Shown one piece after another: positions 36,563 through 45,550 of a DNA stretch of 64,000 nucleotides. Below the pieces are notes generated by a model. That model was given only the letters and a program-made list of their open reading frames with translations, was not told the origin of the DNA and ran no database searches. The DNA is from a virus. Numbering within the stretch: the stretch's first letter is position 1; each line of letters opens with the position of its first letter. The stretch is from positions 1 through 64,000 of IMG/VR virus record IMGVR_UViG_3300043446_005775. The stretch is one strand, 5' to 3'. The position numbers and the translations under genes are program-made.

Positions 36563-37213
36563 ATGGCATCGCTAGAACACAACATGTCGAAGTTGAAGGT
36601 CAAGGAAAAGGCAGAGAAGCTGGGCGTTGACCGGGCTGTGGCGTCCCATAGCGGCGGCCGTCGTTCTTCCAGGAAATCCTTTCAGGCAGTGCTGTATCCA
36701 AAAACTGCATCAAGGAACACGACCATTGAGCAGCGGGTGCGAAGCCTGCAGAAATCCGTGCAGAATACGGCCGGAATAGGGCGCATCATGGAGAACATCG
36801 CCGACATCGTCGGTTCTTCGTTCAACTCTCCGATGCCGATGCCCATGACAAGTGATGGGTCTCCTGATTGGGACGGCCCGAATGAGAACAGTTTTGTCAT
36901 GATGCCAATCAACAACAAGAAGTCGAGCTTGCATGGAAGATTCGTGATTCTTCAGAAGCTGCCAAATGGAATGTACAAGATTGCTGAAAAGCCCTCTGGC
37001 AAGAAGAAGAAGGCCAAGGATGACGATGACGATGATGATCGTGACAATCGTGACAATGATGAGGGAAAAGTCAGCAAGGGGATCATCACGGGTTCCCGGC
37101 AACAACGACGTGACAAGGGTGCCACACATCACTGGGCGCCGAGGGGTGTTTCCTCCCGCAGCCCAAGAACGGCAGGAAGGGGCCCCAAGGGGTCGAAGAG
37201 TGGGGCGCTCTGA
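36563..37213 (+). CDS. Basic, disordered hypothetical protein (candidate internal head protein)
   Basis: AAGGAG RBS before ATG 36563; SRKSF, LQKSV, KKSSL and VSKG motifs, plus poly-D and basic tracts. Confidence 0.75.
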   Translation: MASLEHNMSKLKVKEKAEKLGVDRAVASHSGGRRSSRKSFQAVLYPKTASRNTTIEQRVRSLQKSVQNTAGIGRIMENIADIVGSSFNSPMPMPMTSDGSPDWDGPNENSFVMMPINNKKSSLHGRFVILQKLPNGMYKIAEKPSGKKKKAKDDDDDDDRDNRDNDEGKVSKGIITGSRQQRRDKGATHHWAPRGVSSRSPRTAGRGPKGSKSGAL

Positions 37214-37812
37214 TGCGCACCAGCAGGAAAGTCGGAGCGAGGAATGCCCCCGCCCTGACGCCGACTGGCTTGCGCAAATCATCTTCGGGAAATGGCGGCC
37301 CCAATGCCGAGAAAAGTCACGGCATCCCAACTGCGCTCCGCAGGGAAAAGTCTGGCCCAGCAGCGCAAAAGGCGACCAATATCGAAAACCAATTTCGATA
37401 TGCGCTGCTTAGGAAAGGATTGGACTTCATCGAGCAAGCGAACATTGGCCCGTGGTCCTGCGATTTTCTCCTGCCCGATCACAAGATTGTCATCGAAGCT
37501 GATGGTGAATACTGGCATTCGATTCCGAAAACCATCATGAAGGACAGGAGGAAAGATCTCTGGTTACGATCAAAAGGCTATTCGGTCTTGCACTTTGAAG
37601 GAAAACGCATATCTGCAGATCCGGATGGCTGCATAAGCAAAGTGATACAATTGATAGAAAAGAATAAACTTTCCCTTGTGATTGAAGAAGAAGAAGAAGA
37701 AGAATTCATGGAAAAGCCGGAAATAGCCATAGCAAAGGAAACCGACGACGATGCAGAATACGAAGCTTGGCTCTCTTCCGGATCTGTCGGATCACGAGGA
37801 AGCCTTGGTTAA
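37213..37812 (+). CDS. DUF559 / Vsr-like PD-(D/E)xK endonuclease
   Basis: TNIE..EQANIGPWSCDF..IVIEADGEYWH..KDRRKDLWLRSKGYSVLHF; TGATG coupling to the upstream gene. Confidence 0.9.
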   Translation: MRTSRKVGARNAPALTPTGLRKSSSGNGGPNAEKSHGIPTALRREKSGPAAQKATNIENQFRYALLRKGLDFIEQANIGPWSCDFLLPDHKIVIEADGEYWHSIPKTIMKDRRKDLWLRSKGYSVLHFEGKRISADPDGCISKVIQLIEKNKLSLVIEEEEEEEFMEKPEIAIAKETDDDAEYEAWLSSGSVGSRGSLG

Positions 37813-38053
37813 GAAACTGAAGAAAAGTCTGCGTATTCCTCATATCTCCCACTCGGGAAATGCCGTGTGCACCAACCCATCCTGCAGGGCAAGAATGATC
37901 AAGTCCAATGCAAATCTTGAGGTAAATTCAATCTCACATCGCGCAGTCATGATTACAGGAAAAACAAAAATCTTTCTGATCGGCAAATCAATCATTGCCG
38001 AATGTGTATGCGGAACAAGATACGACCTTGATGGCGCACTGAGTGAGGAATGA
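37805..38053 (+). CDS. Small zinc-ribbon protein
   Basis: CTNPSC ... CVCG; likely TTG start at 37805 after GAGGA; LKKS, MIKS and IGKS motifs. Confidence 0.7.
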   Translation: MVKKLKKSLRIPHISHSGNAVCTNPSCRARMIKSNANLEVNSISHRAVMITGKTKIFLIGKSIIAECVCGTRYDLDGALSEE

Positions 38054-38054
38054 C

Positions 38055-39515
38055 ATGCCAGTATTGCAAATGCTAGTAGCAACAGACAAGACAGAATATT
38101 CAAGATACAATTTCTCGACCCGGGTCATCACGGTTACTGCAACCGCGGCACTGGGAACAATAGAGCTTGAAGATTCCTTTGTCTTTTCCATACGAAGGGT
38201 GCTTACGGAAAACTGGCCGGAAGAACACTCTGCGCTCATGACCAAGACAATTACGGCAACAAGCCAGGATGTGGCCACGCAATCGGTGACTTGTCAATTC
38301 ACCATCGGATCCGATGATCTTGATCAGGATTTCATCAGCCGATCCCTGCATGCACAGTACCGGGTGCGAGTTGCCGCAGGATCATCCTACTGGGAGTGTC
38401 CGTCGCTGATTTCCATTGCGATCATCACGACACGCGAGATGCGAGAGGAGTGGTGCTATGGTGCTCCGCTCAAGGCAATGGAAGTGCTTGGAGTCAAGTT
38501 CCAGCCACGAAACATCACCGGGTTCTCAATTGATGAGGTGTCCAACGGCGTAGTCCCTGGAGTGAAGACGTTTGCATTGAAATACATTGCGCCGATTGCG
38601 CCAGCAACCGCCCATCAGTGGACGCTGCAATGGGACAGCGGGACACCCATATCGATCACGTCCCCGGCCAGGCAGCAGTACCTTCTTCTTGACGAGACCA
38701 ACATCAACTACATGCTTGTTGATATCAACCCTGCCTTTCTGCCGCGCGTCAGCATGACGGAATCCCTTCTCGTGTCCGAACTGGCAATGACTGACGAGAT
38801 GATCCAGCGAAGAATTGCCTTTGCCATTGGCTCTGCGGAATCATTGCTTGGATTTCCGATGGAGCCGAACCTGATAACGACATTGCCCCGTCACCCCGGA
38901 CAGACACAGGAGTTGCAGCACCAGGCGGATCATTGGGACCGGATCGGCAGACCGGCAGACTTCATCGCTCCGGTTGACCTCATGATGTGGCCGACATTCA
39001 GGCTTCCCCAGCAATGGTGCCTCAAGCTGCATGAAATCTATGGATACCATTCCACCAACAAGATCGTGAAGGTGACGGAAGACTGGTTTGCCACCACGGT
39101 TGACCGGATGAGCGGACTGGTCTCCCTTGTTCCTTCATTGGGGAGCTTTGCGCAGTGGCAGGTTTACACGTATCCGCTGATCTCTCCCTTTTACATGCGT
39201 CATAATATTCCTTCGTTCTGGCAGTACACGGGCATCTTCGGATTGCCTGACCTCACCAATGATGGACGCGCCCCTGTGCGCGAACTGATCGGAAGGATTG
39301 GCGCAACCTCCATCCTCACTGAGGCCGGAAGAGGCTATCAAGGGGGATTATCTGGGGAATCAACATCCCGGGACGGAATTTCCAGCAGCCGATCATTCAA
39401 TCCCGGCGGCCCATACGCCAACACGATCCAGGCTCATCAGCAATGGATACAGGCAGAAGCCCCGCGATTGAAGAGCAAGCTCGGAGGCGTCCTGATCCAA
39501 ATGATTGGAGCATAG
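38055..39515 (+). CDS. Neck / head-tail adaptor protein (SPO1/Twort-like) with N-terminal extension
   Basis: C-terminal GLSGESTSRDGISSSRSF...LKSKLGGVLIQMIG resembles the G...S.S.DGIS.S end of Herelleviridae-type neck proteins; followed by the Cys-rich partner gene. Confidence 0.65.
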   Translation: MPVLQMLVATDKTEYSRYNFSTRVITVTATAALGTIELEDSFVFSIRRVLTENWPEEHSALMTKTITATSQDVATQSVTCQFTIGSDDLDQDFISRSLHAQYRVRVAAGSSYWECPSLISIAIITTREMREEWCYGAPLKAMEVLGVKFQPRNITGFSIDEVSNGVVPGVKTFALKYIAPIAPATAHQWTLQWDSGTPISITSPARQQYLLLDETNINYMLVDINPAFLPRVSMTESLLVSELAMTDEMIQRRIAFAIGSAESLLGFPMEPNLITTLPRHPGQTQELQHQADHWDRIGRPADFIAPVDLMMWPTFRLPQQWCLKLHEIYGYHSTNKIVKVTEDWFATTVDRMSGLVSLVPSLGSFAQWQVYTYPLISPFYMRHNIPSFWQYTGIFGLPDLTNDGRAPVRELIGRIGATSILTEAGRGYQGGLSGESTSRDGISSSRSFNPGGPYANTIQAHQQWIQAEAPRLKSKLGGVLIQMIGA

Positions 39516-39517
39516 TC

Positions 39518-40195
39518 ATGCCTATCGATATCCAGCAGCATGTTCGATTCATTCTCCGGCATGGGGAGCGGGTTGTCCATTACCGTGGCATCCTGTGTTC
39601 CTGCTCCCCAACAGCAAGGCCGGAAGAGGCAGACCTAGGGTGCCAGAAATGCAACGGACTTGGAATATTCTGGGTTGACCCCGTGACGGTCATCGCGCTT
39701 GTGCATGGACTGGATTCCGACCGTTCCGGAAGGCTTTGGCTGCAGACCGGAATTGCGCTTCCCGAGGACATGACCTGCTCTCCATTGCCCAATGCTGCAC
39801 GAAGGTTCAAGGATTACGACAAGGTCATTCCCACATGGCCGCGAGGATTTCCATACCCTGGGGAACTGCTTATCCGCGGCCAAAAGGAGGTGCTGATCTA
39901 CCGGCCAGTCGGGAAGATCATGCGTGTCTCGCAAGTCCACGCAACCAATGGAAAGGAAACAACGTGGACACAAGGTGAGGATTTTGAGATGGCCGGGGAA
40001 GACCAGAAAAGACTCGAATGGTTTCCCAACAAGGGGCCGACTGCCAATTCCACGTACTCGGTGCTGTATGAGCCAAGGTTCGAGTTCGTCTCATGGACCC
40101 CGCCAGCTCCGCGATGGGAACGTGGCCGCGACCTTGGAGTGCGGGTGCTGCTCCGCAAGATCCACTTGCCGTGGCCGGTGACGAACTGGGGCTAG
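39518..40195 (+). CDS. Head-closure/neck protein with zinc finger
   Basis: LCSC...CQKCNGLG near the N-terminus, as in the CPC..C..C.G.G neck protein of SPO1/Twort-like phages. Confidence 0.65.
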   Translation: MPIDIQQHVRFILRHGERVVHYRGILCSCSPTARPEEADLGCQKCNGLGIFWVDPVTVIALVHGLDSDRSGRLWLQTGIALPEDMTCSPLPNAARRFKDYDKVIPTWPRGFPYPGELLIRGQKEVLIYRPVGKIMRVSQVHATNGKETTWTQGEDFEMAGEDQKRLEWFPNKGPTANSTYSVLYEPRFEFVSWTPPAPRWERGRDLGVRVLLRKIHLPWPVTNWG

Positions 40196-40210
40196 CCTGC
40201 CGTGCGACGG

Positions 40211-40221
40211 TGTGGTATAGT
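40211..40221 (+). promoter_or_regulatory. Candidate extended -10 promoter TGTGGTATAGT
   Basis: Lies just upstream of AGGAGG and ATG 40237; near-identical to TGTGGTATACT at 52341. Confidence 0.45.
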
Positions 40222-40236
40222 CGCATCAGGAGGAAC

Positions 40237-40818
40237 ATGTCGCAGGGCTACAGACCCCAATCGGGAGGACGGGATTCCGGACCTTCCTATGATCAGATCC
40301 TGCAAGAAGTCCGCAATGCAGGGATGATCTCCACTACGACCTCCGTGGATGTTGCACCAACTGCCGGAAACGAGTACCTGTGCATTGTCCGCGCGGAGTG
40401 CACCATGCCGCCGCTGCGTGAAGGCGATCAGCCGCGCCTGTACTCGGGGCTTGGCGCAGCATATCCGCGCAAGAACGGACAGAATGTTGTCCACGGCGTC
40501 AGTAATCCTGCGTTTTACATGCACATTGCCGAGAGTCGCGCAAAGAAACGCGCGTGGATGGATGCCATTGGGCGTGGCGACGGACTTGAGGAGAACATCC
40601 GTGAGGATGTCATGATGGATCGCGCCCACACTTCAGCAGCACGTGATGCGGCTGCCCTTCCTCCTCCGCGTTGGCAGATGTCCGATGAAGCAGCTCATCG
40701 GCTTGTCTCCCTTAGCACCTATACCTTTGAAGAGGCCAAAGCCATGACAAAGGAAGAAGCCAAGAGCGCAGTCCAAGCGATCAATGCAAAATTGGCTTCC
40801 ACGGAAGGCGAAAATTGA
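40237..40818 (+). CDS. Putative Rad52/Sak-like single-strand annealing-fold protein
   Basis: AGGAGG RBS; CIVRAEC..YSGLGAA..MHIAESRAKKRAWMDAIG resembles the 'G.G...AE(T/S).A.KRA....G' Rad52-fold signature. Confidence 0.55.
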   Translation: MSQGYRPQSGGRDSGPSYDQILQEVRNAGMISTTTSVDVAPTAGNEYLCIVRAECTMPPLREGDQPRLYSGLGAAYPRKNGQNVVHGVSNPAFYMHIAESRAKKRAWMDAIGRGDGLEENIREDVMMDRAHTSAARDAAALPPPRWQMSDEAAHRLVSLSTYTFEEAKAMTKEEAKSAVQAINAKLASTEGEN

Positions 40819-40889
40819 CAAGCCCCATGAATAATGCCCAGTAGGTATTATATATAGGACAAAAGAGTAGGGCCAGCGCAGACATGCGA

Positions 40890-40962
40890 AGGGGCCGTCA
40901 TTACCCGGATTGGCCTTGCGGATGCAAGGATTTTTGGGGTAATGACGGCCCCTATTAATTTT
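40890..40962 (+). terminator. Long hairpin: 17-bp perfect inverted repeat with nested 6-bp stem
   Basis: AGGGGCCGTCATTACCC (40890-40906) pairs with GGGTAATGACGGCCCCT (40937-40953); inner CCTTGC-GGAT-GCAAGG; followed by ATTAATTTT. Confidence 0.7.
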
Positions 40963-40978
40963 GGGATAGAATTGACAC

Positions 40979-41959
40979 ATGAATCAAGCAGATACCATAA
41001 GACAACATAGAAAAAGCCTTGCAGAAATGGATGGCGTAAGCGCAACCTTCGAGGTTCCGCTTACGTACATCAAGTCCTTTGTTGGGAACTACACCACATC
41101 AATGGGCGAGGTCAAGAAGGGTCGCATCATTGAAGGCATCGCTTCCACTGAGGACAAGGACCAGCAGGGAGAGATCGTGGTTCAGGACAAGATGGATTGT
41201 TCCTACTTGCTTGAAAAGGGGTTTTTGAATTGGAATCATTCGCATGCACCGGAAGACCAGATCGGAAAGCCCTTGGAGGTCATCAAGCTGGCTGGCGGCC
41301 CATCGACCCCGAATGGGTTGCCGTGCACGTTCTTCCGGGCGTTGCTCTTCGAGAGCATGCCACGAGCTGAAGCGGTGTGGACATTGAGCAAGGCTCTGGA
41401 GGATTCAGCCGGGGTTGGCCAGGACAGGTATCTTGGGTTCTCCGTGGAAGGCGGTGTCCGGGTACGCCACAACAATATCCTGATGGAGACCATGGTCAGG
41501 CACATGGCCGCCACGCATGAGCCGGTGAATGCCCAGGCAGTTGCCCGTTGTGTCCTGGCGAAAAGCCAAGGTTTCAAGGTCGAGGAGAATGTGCTGATTG
41601 ACACGCTTGATGATAATGTCCCGCATTTCATCTTCAAGAGTTTTTCGCAACTCTCGAAATCCCTTCTGCTTGCCAAGAATGTTTCCGCGGAAGTTTCTTC
41701 CCATGCGACACTTGCGGAGATGTCTCCTCTTCGGCGCGAATTTCTGAGCCGCAAGGGGAGCAAGCATCGGAAGTCTTTTGCGGACGTTCTCTATGGGGAT
41801 TGTGCTCACGGAAACAGATGCAAGTCTGGAGACACATTCAAGAAAGGCTATCAGGGTGCACTGGATCATCTGGTGTACTGTGGAGGCATGCAACCTGCAG
41901 AAGCGGCAAAATCACTCTTGTCGCATATACGTATGTTAAAATCAAATCAGAATCTTTAA
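40979..41959 (+). CDS. Prohead (maturation) protease, SPO1/Twort-like
   Basis: IEGIAST..DQQGE..GFLNWNH (His)..IGKP..LGFSVEG (Ser)..ATHEPVN; lies upstream of scaffold and capsid genes. Confidence 0.92.
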   Translation: MNQADTIRQHRKSLAEMDGVSATFEVPLTYIKSFVGNYTTSMGEVKKGRIIEGIASTEDKDQQGEIVVQDKMDCSYLLEKGFLNWNHSHAPEDQIGKPLEVIKLAGGPSTPNGLPCTFFRALLFESMPRAEAVWTLSKALEDSAGVGQDRYLGFSVEGGVRVRHNNILMETMVRHMAATHEPVNAQAVARCVLAKSQGFKVEENVLIDTLDDNVPHFIFKSFSQLSKSLLLAKNVSAEVSSHATLAEMSPLRREFLSRKGSKHRKSFADVLYGDCAHGNRCKSGDTFKKGYQGALDHLVYCGGMQPAEAAKSLLSHIRMLKSNQNL

Positions 41960-41969
41960 GGAGGAAATA

Positions 41970-43517
41970 ATGGTTAGTGAAATGCAGTTAGCCAGAAGAC
42001 AGCTCGACAAGGAGCTTAATCGGCACAACATCCCTGATGCACTGCAAGTCCTCGACCGTGCTGTTGGCGGGTTGATTGACCTTGCCAAGAGCCGTGTCGG
42101 CGATGGCGTGACAAATGCCAAGGAAGTCAAGAACCCATTTGGCGATCCACCCGGAATTCCGGGAGCGGGGAAAGCTGATGGGAACTACCGCTTGCCGAAG
42201 TTCGCTGGCGTCTACACCAATACCCAAAGTGTGCCCAAGAAGAAGGTGAAGACCAAGTCGGAGTCCTCGACAGCGCTTCCCACCGCTGCCGGGAGCATGC
42301 GTCTCGGCAAGGCTGCCGACGGGATGTACGAAGACGAGGAGAAGGCCTGGGACGAAGACGAGGAGAAAGGCTGGGGTAACGACAACGACAACGACGCTGA
42401 TGACAGCGAGGGCATGACCTACAAGGGTCCCCGAGGCATGGGTCCGGGCATGAGCGCCGGTGGCGGCGAAGATGACGATGAGGAGTACGATCCCGACGCT
42501 GACGACGACGAAGAAGGCGAAGACGACGGGGACTATGATGATTCGGATAACGAAGAGCGTTATGACGAAGAGGGAAATCCCGATCCGAATGGCGAGTACG
42601 ACAAGGATGGCAATAAGATCGGACCTTCGGACGACGACGAGGAAGAGGAAGAGGAAGAGGACGAAGAGCAAGAAGGTGGTGGGGATGCCTCTCGCCAGCA
42701 GGCCTTGGAAGAATTGCTTTCCCGAGACAACAAGTACGACAAGGGACCGGGCATGCGGCCGCGCAAGCCAGTAATGCCACCGGCCCCACCCCCGGCTCCG
42801 GCTGGCCCTCCGGGCATGCCTCCGGGAGCAGGACCAATGGCAGGAGGAGGTGCGCCTATGGCACAGAGTTTCCAGCGGAGCCGCAAGGCCAGGCTCGGCG
42901 ATATTCACAAGGCTCTGGTTTCTGGCCCTGATGGGGCACAGGTCGCAGAGGTTGTGGAAGCCAGCAAGGAACTTGCACAGATGGTGAATGTTTTCGGACG
43001 ATTCCTCGCGGACATCTCGACACAGGTCGAGTCGGTTCGTCAGGAGCAGTACGAGAGCACCGCCATGCTGGCCAATGCGGTCAGCACAGTCGTGAAGAGT
43101 CAGGCTGCCATGGCTCTTGGCCTTGAGCGGATTGCCAAGTCCGCGACAGCACTGGCGCAGAACAACGCCCCGATGCAGAAGTCGCTCCGTCAGGAACCTG
43201 CTTCTCGCCCGAATCCCGGAGTGCTCATGAATGGAAAGGTCATGTCCGAAGGAGCCCAGCTCCGTCGCTCGAACGCGACCGTTCTTGATGATTCGGGATA
43301 CGCGATGGTGTCCGGTTCCCAGATCGAAGGGCGCTTGACAAAGTCCCTGGTTGGAACGGTTATCCAGCAGTCGGTACTGGACGGGGAATATTCCCCCAAG
43401 GAAGCGCTTCGTTGGTTGACTGAAACCGATAGTCCGACAACGGGCCCTATTGGAGTGTTCCAGCAGCTTCCTCCGAAGCTGCGTGATCGCATCATCGCGA
43501 AGACACAAGAAGTCTAA
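41970..43517 (+). CDS. Acidic scaffold-like head assembly protein
   Basis: Between protease and MCP; AAGGAGG RBS; D/E tract, Pro-rich linker, coiled coil, repeated LAKS/LGKA/IHKA/VVKS/IAKS/MQKS/LTKS. Confidence 0.75.
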   Translation: MVSEMQLARRQLDKELNRHNIPDALQVLDRAVGGLIDLAKSRVGDGVTNAKEVKNPFGDPPGIPGAGKADGNYRLPKFAGVYTNTQSVPKKKVKTKSESSTALPTAAGSMRLGKAADGMYEDEEKAWDEDEEKGWGNDNDNDADDSEGMTYKGPRGMGPGMSAGGGEDDDEEYDPDADDDEEGEDDGDYDDSDNEERYDEEGNPDPNGEYDKDGNKIGPSDDDEEEEEEEDEEQEGGGDASRQQALEELLSRDNKYDKGPGMRPRKPVMPPAPPPAPAGPPGMPPGAGPMAGGGAPMAQSFQRSRKARLGDIHKALVSGPDGAQVAEVVEASKELAQMVNVFGRFLADISTQVESVRQEQYESTAMLANAVSTVVKSQAAMALGLERIAKSATALAQNNAPMQKSLRQEPASRPNPGVLMNGKVMSEGAQLRRSNATVLDDSGYAMVSGSQIEGRLTKSLVGTVIQQSVLDGEYSPKEALRWLTETDSPTTGPIGVFQQLPPKLRDRIIAKTQEV

Positions 43518-43540
43518 GAAAGAAAGAAGGAGGATCGAAA

Positions 43541-45469
43541 ATGGCACTTTTGACAGAGTTCCCTTCGGGGTACAAAAAGCCGGAGCCGCTTAACAAGTCG
43601 TTTGACATGATTGTTCGCGACTGGAGTCGGCAGCAGTTCGGAGGCGACGACATCGTCGACGAGATTCGCAAGGCGCTCAGCACAGGCGTTGCTTCCCAGA
43701 TCACCGCTGGCGGCGCGGTTACCGCTGGCAACAACAATCCGGGCGAGACCACTGCGTTGCGTCTTGAGAACCTCGACAATACCATGACGAGCGTCTTGGC
43801 GACCGCGGAGCATCTCAAGATTTTCCGCTGGCTTCACAAGGAGCCCAGCAAGCAGCCGTTCTATCAGTGGAACCGTCGCGAGTCGTATGGCTCGACAAGA
43901 GGGTTCTTCGGATTTCAGGAAGGCGGGTTACCCAACGGCGGCAAGGGTCAGTGGTCAAGAAATGGTGCGTACGTCAAGTTCCTTGGTACCAAGGGCGGGG
44001 TAACCCATCCTGCGGTGCTGACGAACATCCTCGGTGGCATGTCGGTTGACCCGGTTGCCGAAGATCAGCTTGGCCGTACCATGGACTTCATGCAGCGCAT
44101 CGAAAGAGCCGTCATGTATGGCGACGAGGATATCTACGATGTTTCGGGCTCTGATGCGAACTACGACGGAATCCTGAAGCAGCTTACGCAGAAGCGCTCG
44201 AAGAACATCATCGACCTTGAAGGCAAGCCGCTCACGCTCGACGTGATCGCGAATGTCGCGTCGCGACTGGTCAGCGAAGGCAAGCTTCTTTCCTTCAACG
44301 ACATCTCGCTCTTCATGAGCCCCCAGAACATCGAGGACTTCGGCAAGCTGCGGTACTCGACCATTCTTGGCACCAACAATGAGCCCGGAGGCCCTGGTAC
44401 GCGCGTGGACCGTGCTGACCTGACCACCTCGGCTCGCAACAACCTCATCGCCGGTCTGTCCATCGTTGGACAGGCGACATCGTTCGGCGTGATTCCGTTC
44501 GAGTGGTCGATTTTCACCGAACCGGTCGAAGGCAGCGATCCGCTGGTAACCGGAGATCCTTCCGCTCCCGCTGCGCCGCTCAACAATTCGCCGCTGTATG
44601 CGAATCGTCTATCCACGCAGATCACAAGCGCCAGTAATGTCGCCTCTGACCTGGATTCTGCCGTTGCAGTCGTTTCGAAGAGAGTGAGCGGAACGGTTAC
44701 CACGTCGCTGAGCGCCACGTATTACAGACGCGACCAGGCTCCCGGGAGTGCCATGATCAACGGGACTCGTGACGGCACAGGATACAGCAGCGCCACCTCC
44801 TTGAGCACTCCTTCTGAAACCACCACGGTAACGAGCTATTCCGATAGCGGCGGAACACCGTACATCAACGAAGGAAGAATCTGCCACAATATCACCGTCG
44901 CTGCTGCATCAAGCAAGCATGATGCGTCTGATACCACATTCTACTGGTACCGTGCATCGTCGGTCAACGACAATGGCGAGTCCGCTGCCTCGTATGTCTC
45001 TTCTGGAGCGGTAAGCCCATCGAAGGATTATGTCGTGAAGTTCCTCATCCCACGTGTTCAGGGAACCGGTCTCGCCGCTGCCCGTGCGTACCGGATCTAC
45101 CGCTTGGCATCCACCGTCGAGAATCCAACTTACCAGCCTTCGCTTTCTTCGACCACCGTTGGAGTTGGAACAGCTGGATGGCAGTTTGTCGGATATGTCG
45201 CAGATCCCGGCGTTGGTGACTGGGTCGAGTTCACGGACTCGAACGGAGCCTCTTCGGACTACACCAACTTCCGGCCGGGCACCAACATCGCCCCGTTGCT
45301 TTGCCGTAACAGTGCTGACCTGTGCGTCGCGCAGATGTCGCCGCTGCTCAAGATGCCGCTTGCCCCGACAAGCACAACCTTTGAGTATCTGCTGCTTCTG
45401 TACCATACGCTGGTCCTCAAGGCACCGGAGCGTCAGTTCATCTTCAAGAATGTCGGCAAGCTGAACTAA
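43541..45469 (+). CDS. Major capsid protein (SPO1/Twort-like HK97 fold) with enlarged beta-sandwich insertion
   Basis: EIRKALSTG..TALRLENLD..FQEGG..IERAVMYGD..YDGIL..IIDLEG..QMSPLLKMPLA..LLYHTLVLKAPER..IFKNVG; strong RBS. Confidence 0.92.
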   Translation: MALLTEFPSGYKKPEPLNKSFDMIVRDWSRQQFGGDDIVDEIRKALSTGVASQITAGGAVTAGNNNPGETTALRLENLDNTMTSVLATAEHLKIFRWLHKEPSKQPFYQWNRRESYGSTRGFFGFQEGGLPNGGKGQWSRNGAYVKFLGTKGGVTHPAVLTNILGGMSVDPVAEDQLGRTMDFMQRIERAVMYGDEDIYDVSGSDANYDGILKQLTQKRSKNIIDLEGKPLTLDVIANVASRLVSEGKLLSFNDISLFMSPQNIEDFGKLRYSTILGTNNEPGGPGTRVDRADLTTSARNNLIAGLSIVGQATSFGVIPFEWSIFTEPVEGSDPLVTGDPSAPAAPLNNSPLYANRLSTQITSASNVASDLDSAVAVVSKRVSGTVTTSLSATYYRRDQAPGSAMINGTRDGTGYSSATSLSTPSETTTVTSYSDSGGTPYINEGRICHNITVAAASSKHDASDTTFYWYRASSVNDNGESAASYVSSGAVSPSKDYVVKFLIPRVQGTGLAAARAYRIYRLASTVENPTYQPSLSSTTVGVGTAGWQFVGYVADPGVGDWVEFTDSNGASSDYTNFRPGTNIAPLLCRNSADLCVAQMSPLLKMPLAPTSTTFEYLLLLYHTLVLKAPERQFIFKNVGKLN

Positions 45470-45493
45470 TACCTGTTATACTTACACTAATGC

Positions 45494-45550
45494 AATATTG
45501 CCGGGAACGGGGAACCATTCTGGGTTGCCAGGTTCCCGGCAATATTCTTT
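45494..45550 (+). terminator. Hairpin/terminator after MCP (15-bp perfect inverted repeat)
   Basis: AATATTGCCGGGAAC (45494-45508) pairs with GTTCCCGGCAATATT (45532-45546), then CTTT. Confidence 0.75.

Noticed and set aside
40815-40850. TTGACA as a sigma70 -35 box
   Set aside because: No -10 hexamer at 16-18 bp spacing; it overlaps the stop codon of the upstream gene.
41988-43547. 519 aa minus-strand ORF
   Set aside because: Antisense shadow of the codon-biased, acidic scaffold gene; its low-complexity V/L/F content mirrors the D/E tract.
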